Shown: positions 25,168-37,709 of the stretch, piece after piece
Position numbering within the stretch: position 1 is the stretch's first letter
Layout of the letters: every line of letters begins with the position of its first letter
NCBI GenBank assembly: GCA_024704765.1
Contig: JAKMXF010000155.1
Span: 518,380-582,379 of the forward strand
Source: Oopsacas minuta
Lineage: Eukaryota; Animalia; Porifera
Direction: 5' to 3'
Length of the DNA: 64,000 nt
Notes under the pieces: model-generated
The model's input: the letters and a program-made list of their open reading frames with translations, nothing else
Databases searched by the model: none
What the model was told of the DNA's origin: nothing
Program-made: the position numbers and the translations under genes

Positions 25168-27324
25168 CACTGGCCAACAACATTTTCTTGACTGATAAGT
25201 CGAGACAATTTCTATTGGAATATCGGGGTCACTGAGTTCGAAAATGGCACTAGTTCTGGTCAATAGATTCTACTTTTTCTGATATTGTTAAATTATGTTT
25301 GTAAGTATCCGTAAATCTGTGTTCACTGATACTTTATAATATGTCTGTGTTACCTTATAACTAGTATTGTACGCACATAATTAGCAGATAATTTAAGATA
25401 TTATATGATCTGAATACTCATCAATCATGAACGAACGTTCTCTTATACGAATTCCTCTTGTGAGGTTCTTGGGGGCAATCACGCATAGGGCTCCAGCAGT
25501 AATCAGCCACATGTGAGCGTCCCTTCGTCCTTGGTACTGTTCCTCCATCGTCCTGATGTCTTGGTGGAATCGCTCGCTCTGTTCTTCGCTTAACTCACCA
25601 GGATTTTCAGGGAATCCCTCTAAATGGCTATAGAGGTAGTGAAGTTTTATGTTCATTCTGGTTCCCAGACTGTGGAAGTTCTTGAGCATGCCTTCGACCA
25701 GATTCTGGTAGTTAGCCACTTTGGTGTTGCCTAAAATTCCTTACAACATCGACAAAGGAGTATCATGCGGCAGCTCAACTCCAGCCATGTGTGAGGCGAA
25801 ACCTTCATCTTCTATCAGTTTTCTGATTTGTGGCACATTAACAATTCCTGCCTTAAGTTTTTCGCTACTCAGGCCACGATATACTGAGCAGAGGTAGTTG
25901 AAACAGGTACCATCTTTGTTCAATGCCTTTACGAATTGTTTCATCAGTCCCAACATGATATGTAGTGGTGGTAGGATGATACGGTCATGCTAACTAGTGG
26001 CTCGTTAATGATATCCTTTTCCCCCACGGCAAGCTTTTGACGAACTGGCCAGTTCTTCTTTTCCCAGTGCACCCCATCTGCTCTGCTGTCCCACAAACGA
26101 AGAAAGCATGGGTATTTAGTGTAACCACTTTACTGTCCTAACAGAATATTGACCCTTTTCAAGTCCACACACGCGACCCAGTTATGTTCATCGTAACACA
26201 GCTTTTGTGGGACCATCTTTACAGTTGCATAGTGCTCTTTCAAGATTACTGAATGGCCGATCGGAATACAGGCATATTTGTTACCATTATGCAGCAACAC
26301 GCACTTTAGACTCAGTTTAGAGCTGTCGATAAATAAACACCACTCATTGGGATTGTATTGGGATAGTTCCATTGCTTAGAGAAGTCCTGGGATGTTATTA
26401 CAAAACACGAAGCCGCCTTCTTCGCTGAAATAGCGAATAAGTTCTTCGTCTCTGCGTCGGTAATAAGTTATCCTAGCTTCACTGTGGAGAACATGGTGTT
26501 CACTAAGACGGGGAGCCAGGATCTCTGAAGCATCTTTTGACAAGCCTAGGTCTCTCACTAAGTTGTTGAGCTGCCCCTATGTGAAAGGTTTCGCTTCCCT
26601 TATTTATAACGGCTCATTACTGCCATTGCTACTGTAAGTGCTGTCCGACGATTCATCAATTCCCTTAATAAACGCAGTGTCAGGTAAGGACGTAAAACAG
26701 CCACCTGAATTTCGCTGCAGTGTGGAATTGGGCGTCTTGCAAATGTATGTCAAGATATTGCCACGAATTCTTTTTCTGTCGGTTCCATCCAGACATGTTA
26801 GCCATGCAGAAGTAACAGCATCGTGATGGTTCTTAGGCTCTCGCCAAATCATTGGTACCCCAAACTTCATGGATTTGGCTTTCCTTCGGTCCATAGGCAG
26901 AGGGTTTCTGTGCAAAATTTGCACACTTTGTGAGAGCTCCATGACTTATCCTGATCGCCTAACTTACCAAAGCAAGCCTGTTGAGCTTTTGCTGACATCT
27001 CTAACATTAAAACGATATTCCTTTGCCATATATTCACCACAAATATAGCAAAAGACATCAGGATCAGTGAGGCAACAACGTCTAATGCAATTTGAATCCA
27101 TAAATGGTTCTATTTTGTGAACAAATAGTTGCAAATGTTGATACAAACATACAAACCGAAAATATTTGTAGTATTACCTTAAAATTTAAGGTTGTGTAAT
27201 GTCTAGAAAACTAGAGACACATTCAGGAAAACTTATAGAATTTCTGATTCAGCAACCCCGATATACCTTCAAAATGGTCCAATAATCTGAGCCAAGGGAT
27301 AGAAATATTTTTTGTTAACCTGTG
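25168..27324 (-). mobile_element. Chapaev3 family A, copy 2 (inverted relative to 4919-7080)
   Basis: The eight matching ORF pairs in the track have identical translations to copy 1. CAC/GTG ends. Intact TTA TSD at 25165-25167 and 27325-27327. Confidence 0.9.
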
Positions 27325-27876
27325 TTATCTTTGAAAGATTGATCCATCTCATAATGGCACCTTTTGGTTGAATGCAGTTGCGTACCAAGCCTGGACAGGG
27401 CGGTTGTGGGCGGGTACCAACCTTGACTAAGGGAGTTACCTTTCTTGTATTATCTTTGAGCTCCAAGATGTAGTGCTCTTGTTCTGACCCGAGATTTTGT
27501 GCGTAATAACAAACTTTTATCCGGATTCCGTTCAACAGTATCACCTGTGTTTTTAACTAGCTGTAATGCTGAGATCACTAATGTGGTTGACTTCATGAGT
27601 AATACAACCATTTTGCATAAAATGCTTGTGTACATTTCCAACTCAGGATTGCAACCAATCAATGTATGCCCACTAAATTGAAATTGAGATTGGGGATGCA
27701 TTTCATCAATTAATATTACTGCACCATTCCCAATGATGTTTGAGTTGTGTAGAAATGGATGTGCATGGAAGTTGTCTATAGAAGTGGAGTTGAGCATTCG
27801 AGGTATTGAGTTGCTTGGGAGAGGAACACAGTGTAATTCATAATTATTGCAACTCCATATTTGTGCGGTTATCATA

Positions 27877-28929
27877 CTCTGGACTAATCTATTTCATTTC
27901 TATATAATACAGACTTGAAATATGAGTTTCAGGCTCAATAATTGATCGTATAACTGTTTTTTTGTACCATCTTGGCACCGGCGTGTCATTGAACTATAGT
28001 CAGGTTCAATCATTTCTGGGGTGATAGAATCCCAAATATCCTCTAGTCCTGCTTTCAAGTCTATAATTCTCTTATGTCTATCTCAGTTGAGTTTGTACTT
28101 CATCCAACCGAATAGATTTTCTTTAAGGTTCATATCTAAACTTTGACTTTGCCAATCTAGCGGATTATTTGGCATATTTTTGGCAATCCAAGTCTTGCAC
28201 GTACGACTAGTATGTTTCAGGTGGCTATCTTGAATCAAAAACCACCCTGTGCCATGAAAGACATTGGCGTTCTCCAACAAATGCCATTTCAAAATCTCGA
28301 CCAAGAAGTGTGAATCTAGATTCTGTGAAAAAATACACAGAGAGAAGATCCTAAATGAGGAAAACGCAGCCCATATGTGTACCTTTGCTGAGTGCTTGAC
28401 TGTTGGTCGATAAATTCTCCTGGGACCTTTACACCATATTCGCATTCTACCACCATGAATCTTGAAACTAGCTACATCTGAAAACACAACATGACACTAA
28501 TTTCGATCTTTATTCTTTGTGGCCCACTCACCACGTGCCAGTCGATTTTTTTAGTTAGCATTGGCACACGAATCGGGTAAGGCTTTGGATAATCAAGCGA
28601 CTTTAGGAAACAGTAGACAGTACTTGTGGAGACATTAATGCCACGTTTCTGGCATATTTATTCCGTTATTTCATGGCAAGGTTTTGCTTATCACTAGACA
28701 TTTATTTGGTACAGGACAAAGCAATTTTCTTCCGTAGATTGTCTGGCATATCAGCTCCTCTCTTGTGATTCAATGTTTCTCCTTTGTTCAATCACTCCTT
28801 TATTCAAACACTCCTTATTCTGTAATCAGTTGTCTTGTTTACACCACACAACTGCGGGATTTCAATGGCAGAGTGCTTTCCTCCCTGGAGTAATGCTATA
28901 GCATTGTTTCTAGTTGTTTCCTGGGCCAT
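27877..28929 (-). mobile_element. Decayed Tc1-like element (apparent DD35E spacing)
   Basis: N-terminal HTH frame starts MAQETTRNNAIALLQGG at 28929. Core reads FSDVASF...LIQDSHLKHTS...WQSQSLDMNLKENLF, with 35 residues between the second Asp and Glu. Putative 3' end at TA 27875-27876; 5' TIR not found. Confidence 0.75.
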
Positions 28930-29827
28930 CAAGAGATCAAATCGATGTTAAGCTATAAGAAAATCAAACTCATAGATAAACATGGTTAGAAATGATGACG
29001 CTATCAGTAGATATAAATACCTAAAAATAGAAACAGCTACAAAAAATTCAATTTATACTATAATTACATCAAACATAGTAAACTGACCTGTTAAACAAGA
29101 AGGAAGCTACCTAAAGTCAATACCCTCGAATCTATAGGCTTGGTTTGATAAGAAGCGAAAGTTGCAAAAAAATTGTGAATTCTACTGTATATTTCTTAAG
29201 AAGACTATAAGCGGAATTAGAGGTATATCTAATCTTTAGAGAGAAAGGCAGAACCTGTGACAAGTACTCCTGTCTACCGCGAGGACTGAAATACCAATGT
29301 TGAATTTGCTCCTTAATGACATCGACATCTTACTTAGAGTTAAAATTCCTACAATAATATTGTAAATTTTCAAGAGCATTTAAAAGTGTTAGCTTGTGGT
29401 CAGTAGAATATAATTTGGATAAACCTAAGAATAGGAATCCGTGAATTTTTTCAAAACTTATTTTACTTAGAGGTCATAGTTAATAGCAATACATTCCTTT
29501 ACACTAGCAAACTCCGCGGTAATAACAAGATGGTAAGCAGTTACGGAGCTGTCTTCTATGTGTAGTTTAAAACTGGCAAACTTAGGAGATTTTCGAGGAA
29601 ATCAATAACATCCTGAAATTTGTGAATTCTGTACTTTCCTCGTTGATAGAGTTTTGATCTGATTGTAAGACTGGACATTGGAAGTGAATGTGAATTTGTA
29701 GGGATAATAGCCTGACTAAGATGAGTTGAAGGTGGATGGATTATAGGAATTGGTTAGATGTTGTAATTCAATCTTGTATATTATTGGGGTAACTTTCAAA
29801 GATTTATCATCAAAAGAAGTAATCAAA

Positions 29828-29983
29828 TTAATGTATTTCAGTTATATCAAAGTCTTCGGATATTTTTAGAAAACGTAACCGTTTACCAGACAATCTTTTG
29901 TCCTGAGGGAACTTGTGGCATTTGTTGTTAGATCCATTCTTACAGCCAGAGTTGTACCCAACAACAGAAAATTTATTAGGCAT
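29828..29983 (-). pseudogene. THAP zinc-finger N-terminal remnant, probably from a P/Galileo-type or other THAP-bearing transposon
   Basis: MPNKFSVVGYNSGCKNGSNNKCHKFPQDKRLSGKRLRFL fits the THAP start pattern MPxxCxVxGC...FP.D..L..KW..F, with both Cys and the Trp mutated. Confidence 0.55.
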
Positions 29984-32150
29984 TAATAATGTGATTTCTA
30001 ATAAGAATTGAGTGTTAAATAGTAAATTTAACTCTAAATTTATCATATAATTTATGAGGACATTTAACTAGGTTAGTCATGGAATTGTACGGGTAGTAAA
30101 CGTAGAATACGGATTTCGAAATGTTTTATGATTGTGAAAATATTTTATTTATTTGAACATTCGTCAAATTATTCAACTTGTGGTTTGATATGATGATCAA
30201 ATCTACAGCTAAATCATAACGATCTTACTTGAACATAAACATATTATGATATGTATTTACTAACTTATATTAACTAGAAAGTTAATAGAGATAAAATTTC
30301 TTACTAAATAGCTGAAAAATTGAGCCAAATGCATCTAAAATTAGTACTATTACCATACATGGATGTTCATTTTTGCTGTGCCATAGTGGTGACATTTGCT
30401 GAGAGACAATTCTCAAAAGTAATCTAGAGGTTTCCACATATGTGGAAACCTATTTACAGTTGAATTTGTAATGATAACTGCAATTCTTCACGATCAAACA
30501 GAATGTAATCTATGGCCTGGAAATTATTTTGGCAATTCTTGCTTATCTAGCTGTATATATAGTAAGCCATGCACGATAGAATATACTTATAGAATGATTA
30601 TAATTAGATCTGTCAAATTTGTGGAGCAATTCATTTATTTTGGTATTGGCTTAAGAAATTTTGTTCAAACTTGTTGTTAAAACATTACAAAATTTTTCTA
30701 GCTTTGAATCTTTTGTCTGTTTATTCGTTTCGCTGGTTTAACTTAATTTATACTAATCTATTTTAATAGTCATACTACCTTAACCGTTCTGTTCATGCCT
30801 TTTTTAATAATTTTGTCTCTCATAGGCGCCCATATTTTGAACCTAATATATATTTTTTGTTCCTAACGGTGCTTGACATACTACGGCGTATAGTTTATTG
30901 GAGCCCTCTCTGGTAAATTCATAGCGAAGCATAAGACGTAAGATATATGGGTACATGTCATTTGCTCTTTGTACAACTGACAAATTCTAGATATTCTGAT
31001 AATTAGTTCCTATATTTAATGCCAGATTCTTGTAAAAGTGAAACTGTAGGCTTTAAGTATGAGAGCGCCATAGACGATAAATATTCTTCAGGGGCGCCTT
31101 CGAAAACGACATAGGACACGCCTTACCCGCCATGGACGCTAAACCTATAACGCGCCTAAATGAGGACAAATTCAGTGTAGCCTTAACCAGAAGCGACCTA
31201 TTAAGTTGAATTTGGGAGTTATTTAATTCAATTTTGAAATAGAAACTCGATTACATCTATTTATAGTAAACACAATAGCCAGCTTCAGGTTATAATTAGC
31301 TTTTCTATTTCTCTATACCTCACTCAAAATGTGCATATAGCCGAATTTCGCACACTCTTATAAATATAGTGAGAATTGCATTTATTATCAAGGATTGTGT
31401 TCATACACTATTTCATATATTGTGTAATTATCGATCATCATGATGCGAATTCTTAAAATCAGTTCTGAGTCCTTTGCAAATCATTTAAAATTAGCGGCTG
31501 TGAAAGATTCAGAAAATTTACTTTGGGTAGACAATTTGAGAACTAGATGATCAACTAGTTTCCAGCATATTTCAAGAAAATTCACATTTTTGCAAAAACC
31601 ATATATTATATTGTTGTCTCAGCATGGTACAAGTATATATCATTGTCTACAATCATTCCATTAACTTTAAGATCTTTATTTAAGTTTCTCATGGGATTTC
31701 TTTTGATTTAGACAATAATATGGTAAATTTGAGAATTGCGTTCAAAACGAAGCAATTTCGCCATATTTTATTTACTCAATATGTCAGCTCGGACGAAAAG
31801 TTCTTCTCACTACGCGAGGTAGTTAAATAATTTGGCAACACTTTATGAGTCAGAATATGACATGTTTACTAGGTTGTAGGTATATTTTCCTAATTTTGCA
31901 AATCTTACTGTCATTAAGTATTCTTGTTAGATTTTTTAACTGTCATTCCTTTTGTTTTCAATATATATGATTCCACGTCTTCTATGCCTAATTTGAATGA
32001 TTCTTGTTTTCTCATTCTTTCGATTTCTCATCGTGAGTACAAATTCCTACTTCCCTTTCTGCCAATTCACCATGTACCATTTATATTGTTTTCATATTTT
32101 ATTTGTAGTGTCATTGCGCTAATTCATATTTCTTCTTTCTATATATTTAG

Positions 32151-32282
32151 GAAGTTCCTCCGATTGGAACAGACACAGTAGACCCAGATAACATTAAGCT
32201 TGTCTTATCGAGAGAACAAAAAGCAATCACTTTAGATTTTAATCTGAAGATTGACAATCCAGAAAGAGTTGTTGATGAGTTG
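32151..32282 (+). CDS. WNK: WNK kinase exon C (autoinhibitory / CCT-like domain, first part)
   Basis: Acceptor tatatttag|, donor |gtaggt, phase 0/0, 44 codons: EVPPIGTDTVDPDNIKLVLSREQKAITLDFNLKIDNPERVVDEL, aligning to WNK IKLWLR...[12 protein letters not shown].VAQEM. Confidence 0.88.
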
Positions 32283-33583
32283 GTAGGTATCTTTTTTTAC
32301 ATTCGTTATCTTTGATTGAATTTTGAATAGATAGATTGATTCTCGCTAAATCAGATTTAGTATTCTAGTAGTAACATTTAATAGATATTAAATCCCAAGT
32401 TGTTTGTACCATTAGAACTTTTATTCTTTATGCTGGCAATCCAACATACAAACCATCTTGCGCCTAAAAATAAACTTTGGATTCTTCAAAGAATTTGTTT
32501 TATTTATCGTAAGAGTTTGTCGGATTCCATTTTGGTAAAGAATATTTGGAACTCGTTTTTGCTGACATGTACCTTTAGAGGTTGTTATAGGATTTCACTA
32601 ACGCTGAGGAGATTACTGCAGATCGGTTTGTTCATTCTATACTTTGAGCATATATATATATATTTTGTATTGTGACCTTAGTCCTTTATTCAATTTTTTG
32701 GAAATTTTATTGATCAGTTACGTCTGTGAAGTTTTCTTATTATTCAACTATGCCCGCTTCCACCATTTATTTGATTGAGTTTTACTTGTCAGATTTGGAT
32801 CAGTTTCTATCATTCGAATGAGGGGGGTTTCTCGTCTTCCCCAATATGATTACTTTTCGAATGTTTCCAAAATGTGGTCATAATCAACGATTTCTGGATT
32901 TCCCTGAATAGTTTCTAGCGCATTTTGCTATGTAATTATTATCGATTCGGTCCTCAAATTTACAGACATAATACCTAAGATATTCTCATACCATTTCTCT
33001 TTATGAATTATGAATGGTGATTCTATTAAAACCTCTTCATATTTTATACAATTTGGGACTGTCGCTTAAGCGATATTCTTCAATATTATGAGCCTATTTT
33101 ATGTTTAAATTTGATTATTGGTATATTCCTACACTCATTTTGTCATTAGGCAAGCAGGTTAGTTCCTTTTGTTACATGATATATGATTTTTTATCTTGAT
33201 TTGTAGAGATATTTGGTATGTAGTTTTTGCGAAAGAGATAATGTATCCACTAATCTAGCTTTGAACCGAATAAATAATATGTAGACAGATCAAGAACGCT
33301 TTAAAATAGAAATTTGTTTATTTTTTCGGGAAATTTCGTGAAACCAAATTGTGAGCTTAATTATAATATTATCCTTTATGAAATCCAGCCAACAAGTCAC
33401 CAAGAATGCCGAAGATTGATAGCAAAACTTTTGCTAATAAATTTATCACACCATTCAATGCCTTTTATTCCGAAATCCTGATTACACCTATTATGGTTCA
33501 TCATATGATATTGTTTTTGGAAATCGTATGTTGGGCTTTGAGATAATCTAGCACAATGGGATTTACTAATTGCAATTGCTCTA

Positions 33584-34921
33584 CAGGGTGCAACGAAAGT
33601 GTTGATACCATGGATAATTTATTATAACTTGTAAGATATTTGAGATATTTGAAATATTATCGGTTTGCATATGAACCATTTCGTTCTAATACAACTCTTA
33701 TACGTTTCGGCATACTAGCTACTGAATTCTCTAAAGTACTTGGGTTAATGTTTCTCAATGCTAATTTACTGTTTCTTTTGACTGTTCCCTCATTGTGATT
33801 TTGCCCTCTTCCTTAACCTTCTCTTTCACTATTCCCCGGAGGTTTTCAATATGGTTTAAATTAGGGGAGTTTCCAGGCCATTCAATCTTACGCCAGAAAG
33901 CATTTAAATGATCTTGACACCACTTCTCCGTTGCATTGGCCGTGTGTGCCGGTGCGCCATCCTGCATGAAGATGAATTCGGACATCTTTTCAAACATTGA
34001 CCGCTCCATAACCGATTTATTATTTCGACAATGGTGAACTCCCTCCATACAAGTCTTGGCCAAAATTTGATTAATGTAGTAGGCACTATTTATTGATTGA
34101 CCTTGCAGGCTTATATGCAGTTCTAAAAGTGTCTGATGCGACATCATGCTCACACATGAATCTTTGCTGGAAACTTAACTGAAAATACCGAAGGAACATT
34201 TGCTTATTCTTTGCCCTAACCTGATTATTTTGTTTGTTTGGCGTTGCAAAGAGCTGGAAGGGAGACTCGTCTGACCAGAGAACTTTTTGCATTCGTTAAC
34301 TGTCCAATTTTGATGCTTCCGAGCAAAGCTCAGACGATCTTGGATGTCCTTTGAGATAATCGAGGTATTTCTTGGCTTTTGAAAGACCTAACATCTACAG
34401 ATTCGGTCAAATGATGATACACGCACATATGACATATAGGATTGCCTCTATTCTTCAATTTCTGTGCAAGTTTTCTTGTGGATTGCCTGCATTTACCGAG
34501 TGACTTGGAAATACCAATATTATCCTCCAGTTTCAAAATAGGACGCCTCCCTGGACGAGGTTTAGTCACTAATGAACTACCTTTTTTATACAAACTAGAC
34601 CATCGTTTCACCGAAGAGCTTGCAAAATTCAAGTCTTGGGCCATTTTTTCTGTGTGAGCCCTGCATCAAGCATACCTTTAGCCGAGAACGAAGCAAGATT
34701 CCAAGATCATGGACTTCCATTAATACGAAATAATATAACACTGCTAAAATTGGGAAAAAATTCAAATAGTAGAATACAATAAGGAATTAATGTATGCAGA
34801 AATAATCTTGAATAATATAATTATATTTTAGAAAAGTATAGGAAACAAACTATGTATCTTTCATGAATAATAAAGATTTTTATGGGAAAATACAAGGTGT
34901 CAACACTTTCGTTACGCCCTG
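33584..34921 (-). mobile_element. DD37E Tc1-like element, full length (1338 bp), decayed
   Basis: TA flanks. 26-bp TIRs with 3 mismatches (cagggtgcaacgaaagtgttgatacc / cagggcgtaacgaaagtgttgacacc). VLWSDES and FMQDGAPAH...WPGNSPNLNHIENL, with 37 residues between the second Asp and Glu. Confidence 0.85.
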
Positions 34922-36308
34922 TACTTAGCCTGATATCAATTTTAGTCCGTTTGCAAGTGTTCCAAGAATATTTCCATTACATACATGCTTGAGGTTGGAT
35001 AACCGAATATGGGGTGTGTTTGAAACATTTTCGTTCTAGCGGTTAACTAGTGTGAAAATTCTTTAATACAATCAGTAAAGTTTTGTTGCTAAAATTATAA
35101 TATCGATATATATCTAATATATATGCAATCGTGATGCGATTGTATATTACCAAACGAGTGAAATTTTTACTATGTACCCAAATGTAACACTTAATAAATA
35201 CCTAACTAGTTGAATTCACGTATTTACATTTCGTATCACTCAACACTTTAGGAAACTGCATTTATTGGTAGAAATAACATTATTCGGTTAACCGAGTATA
35301 TTTTCTCCTAACGGTTGACTTGTTTACCAGCTAACCTAATCCAGCCCTGTACATAATTGATCTCCATTGTAGATCAATTACGGTGTTCGATTTAGTGGGA
35401 TCCCATTTTTCCCCATTTAAGATTACGAATCAAATACTCAATGTTCTATTCTTATAGTTCATAATGGAATTAATATGGAGAATAATTATTACTATGACAT
35501 TACGTCACTGTAACCGCAGGATCACTATACTAGCTGACAATTTGTTGATTTTCAGTTCGGTTGCTACAAATTTACAAGATATAAACTAGACAGATATCTA
35601 ACTACGTAGGACATAAACTTTGATATATCACCATACAGAAAGGAATACTCACAATCTATGATATTAATAGCAAAATTAATGCCGTGTCATAGATTTGCAT
35701 AATTTGATGAATTTCTGACATCTGTTGATGTGATATCATAATTTTGCACTTTATTGAAAAGATATTTGTATTTTGGATCTTGTAGAACCTGTTGCTTCAT
35801 GACTAATTTATCCACATATTGCTATCCACTCTACGAGTATTGACTTTTAGGTGAAAAATATTATTATGAATTAATAACTATTTCGCGATTTAACGCAAAA
35901 TACTCAACCAAACTATAATTTTCTTCATTACATATACACATAAACTATTAGAGGCTATTCAAATGATAAAAGCTGTGGCGATGAATGAGGAGATTTTATT
36001 TGACATAGGCTGATTGTTAGTTGAGTGCCAAGTGCCAGACACCTTTGAAATTTCAATAGATTTAATACAATGAGGCAATTGCTTAGCAGAAAATTGTAGA
36101 AGTGAAGCTGATTACGCATGCTTCATGAAAGAGTTAGCTTTAAATACATAAATAGAGCATAAATATATAATTCCTGAAGCTTTATTCTCAATTACTCCGA
36201 AAATATGCGAGTATTCCAAAAATTGATATAACTATAACTGAAAAACAAGAGGTGATTGAGAGAAACTGACTATATTTTTGGAATCAAGTTAGTCGATGGC
36301 CCCTAGAA

Positions 36309-37709
36309 CAGTGATTCTCAATGGGGTCCACTTGGCCCCCCTGGGAGGAATTTCAAGTCCATGAGAAGGATTTTGACCAGAGAGGATTATGTTTAAGGAT
36401 CATCCACCAGTCTAGTCATTGAATTTCTATTTGTCCGGGATCAGAACTTGGATAAATATTTATATTATGTTATATCTAACCATAGATTTTTGATTAAACA
36501 CAGCCAAACATAGAAATATTCATCGAATATATTAAGGCGATTAATATTTATATATAATAATACTTGTTCGGTAACATTCTTCACTGTTCAGCGAATAATT
36601 AAGTGTTGATGTCAACATCATTTGATATGTAATATTTGTATATATTTTGGATTGTTACACGTAATTCTATTCAAAATTCCAAAACGAAAATTTTCTGTGC
36701 AACTGACATCTGAAAATGCCAACAAGAAAAACGTCCCCAATAATCAACAGACTATTTGAATTTTGGTTTCATTTGTGATGTTACTGATGAAACCAAACCG
36801 TACAGCTTGTTGTGCTGCAATTACCTCAGTAATGATTCAATGAGGCCAACGAAACTGATTGAACACCTTCAAAATATTTTTGGTAAACTGAACGCTTTAA
36901 ATAATGAAATGCAGGGTGAACAAAAACTCCCATGGACTAAAACCAAAACCTGTTGTTGTATACGCAAACTGGACTTTTGAAAGGCCCCACATCTTGAAGA
37001 ATAATCTATTTCAATTCAAGAAGCTGATGAAATGTGAACCACGGATGATATTCTCCGAATCATCTCTGAACAACTTCCAACCTAAGTGCTGAGTTGAACG
37101 ACAAATTTACCGATCTTAAAGCATTGGTTTTCTTCTTGGATTACCCTGCCATTTCTTTTTAACAGCGAAAGCAATGAGTGTCCGGCTATTTGCTCTAACC
37201 AGATTGACAAGTTGATGGACTTACAAAACGATGACAGCGTGAAACATTCATGCCTCAAAATAACGACTGATGTAGCTAGATCCCTAAGTTAGTGCCAAGT
37301 ATCCCAAATTAGCTTTTGGGGTTCAGCAAGTACCTTTGTCTCCTTCGACCGCATATTTGATTGAATGCGTCTTCAGTGCAGTTACGGATATTTTGACGGA
37401 AAATGAGGCCGTATCAACTTTTGTGAGCGTGGCTATCTTCGAGCAAATTACTTTGTTTTGTTCCTCGATTTTCTCATTTAATTTCTGAGCAACAGGCCCA
37501 AGGCTTTCTTTGAAGTTGCATGATAAGAATCAAAAATTGATTCTAATCTTGCATATTGTTAAATAGTCCCTAAATCTTTTGGTTGGTAGACTAACTAAAT
37601 TTAATCATTACAAATATGAAGTCTTTATGATGATTCAAAGATAGAGAGGCTATGGAAGAACCTGAGGGTCGCTAAGGGAGGAATGCGATGTCAGACGTTG
37701 GAAACACTG
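36309..37709 (+). mobile_element. Internally deleted Buster/Charlie-type hAT element
   Basis: CAGTG...CACTG termini. 8-bp TSD CCCTAGAA / CCCTAGAG (7 of 8 match, CTAG core typical of Buster). BED-finger remnant (NFGF...LLCCNYLSNDSMRPTKLIEHL) joined to a dimerisation-domain remnant (YLIECVFSAVTDIL). Confidence 0.8.

Noticed and set aside
30810-31176. MITE with taggcgc subterminal inverted repeats
   Set aside because: A partial inverted match exists, but the left end is degenerate and no TSD could be found. Too weak to classify.
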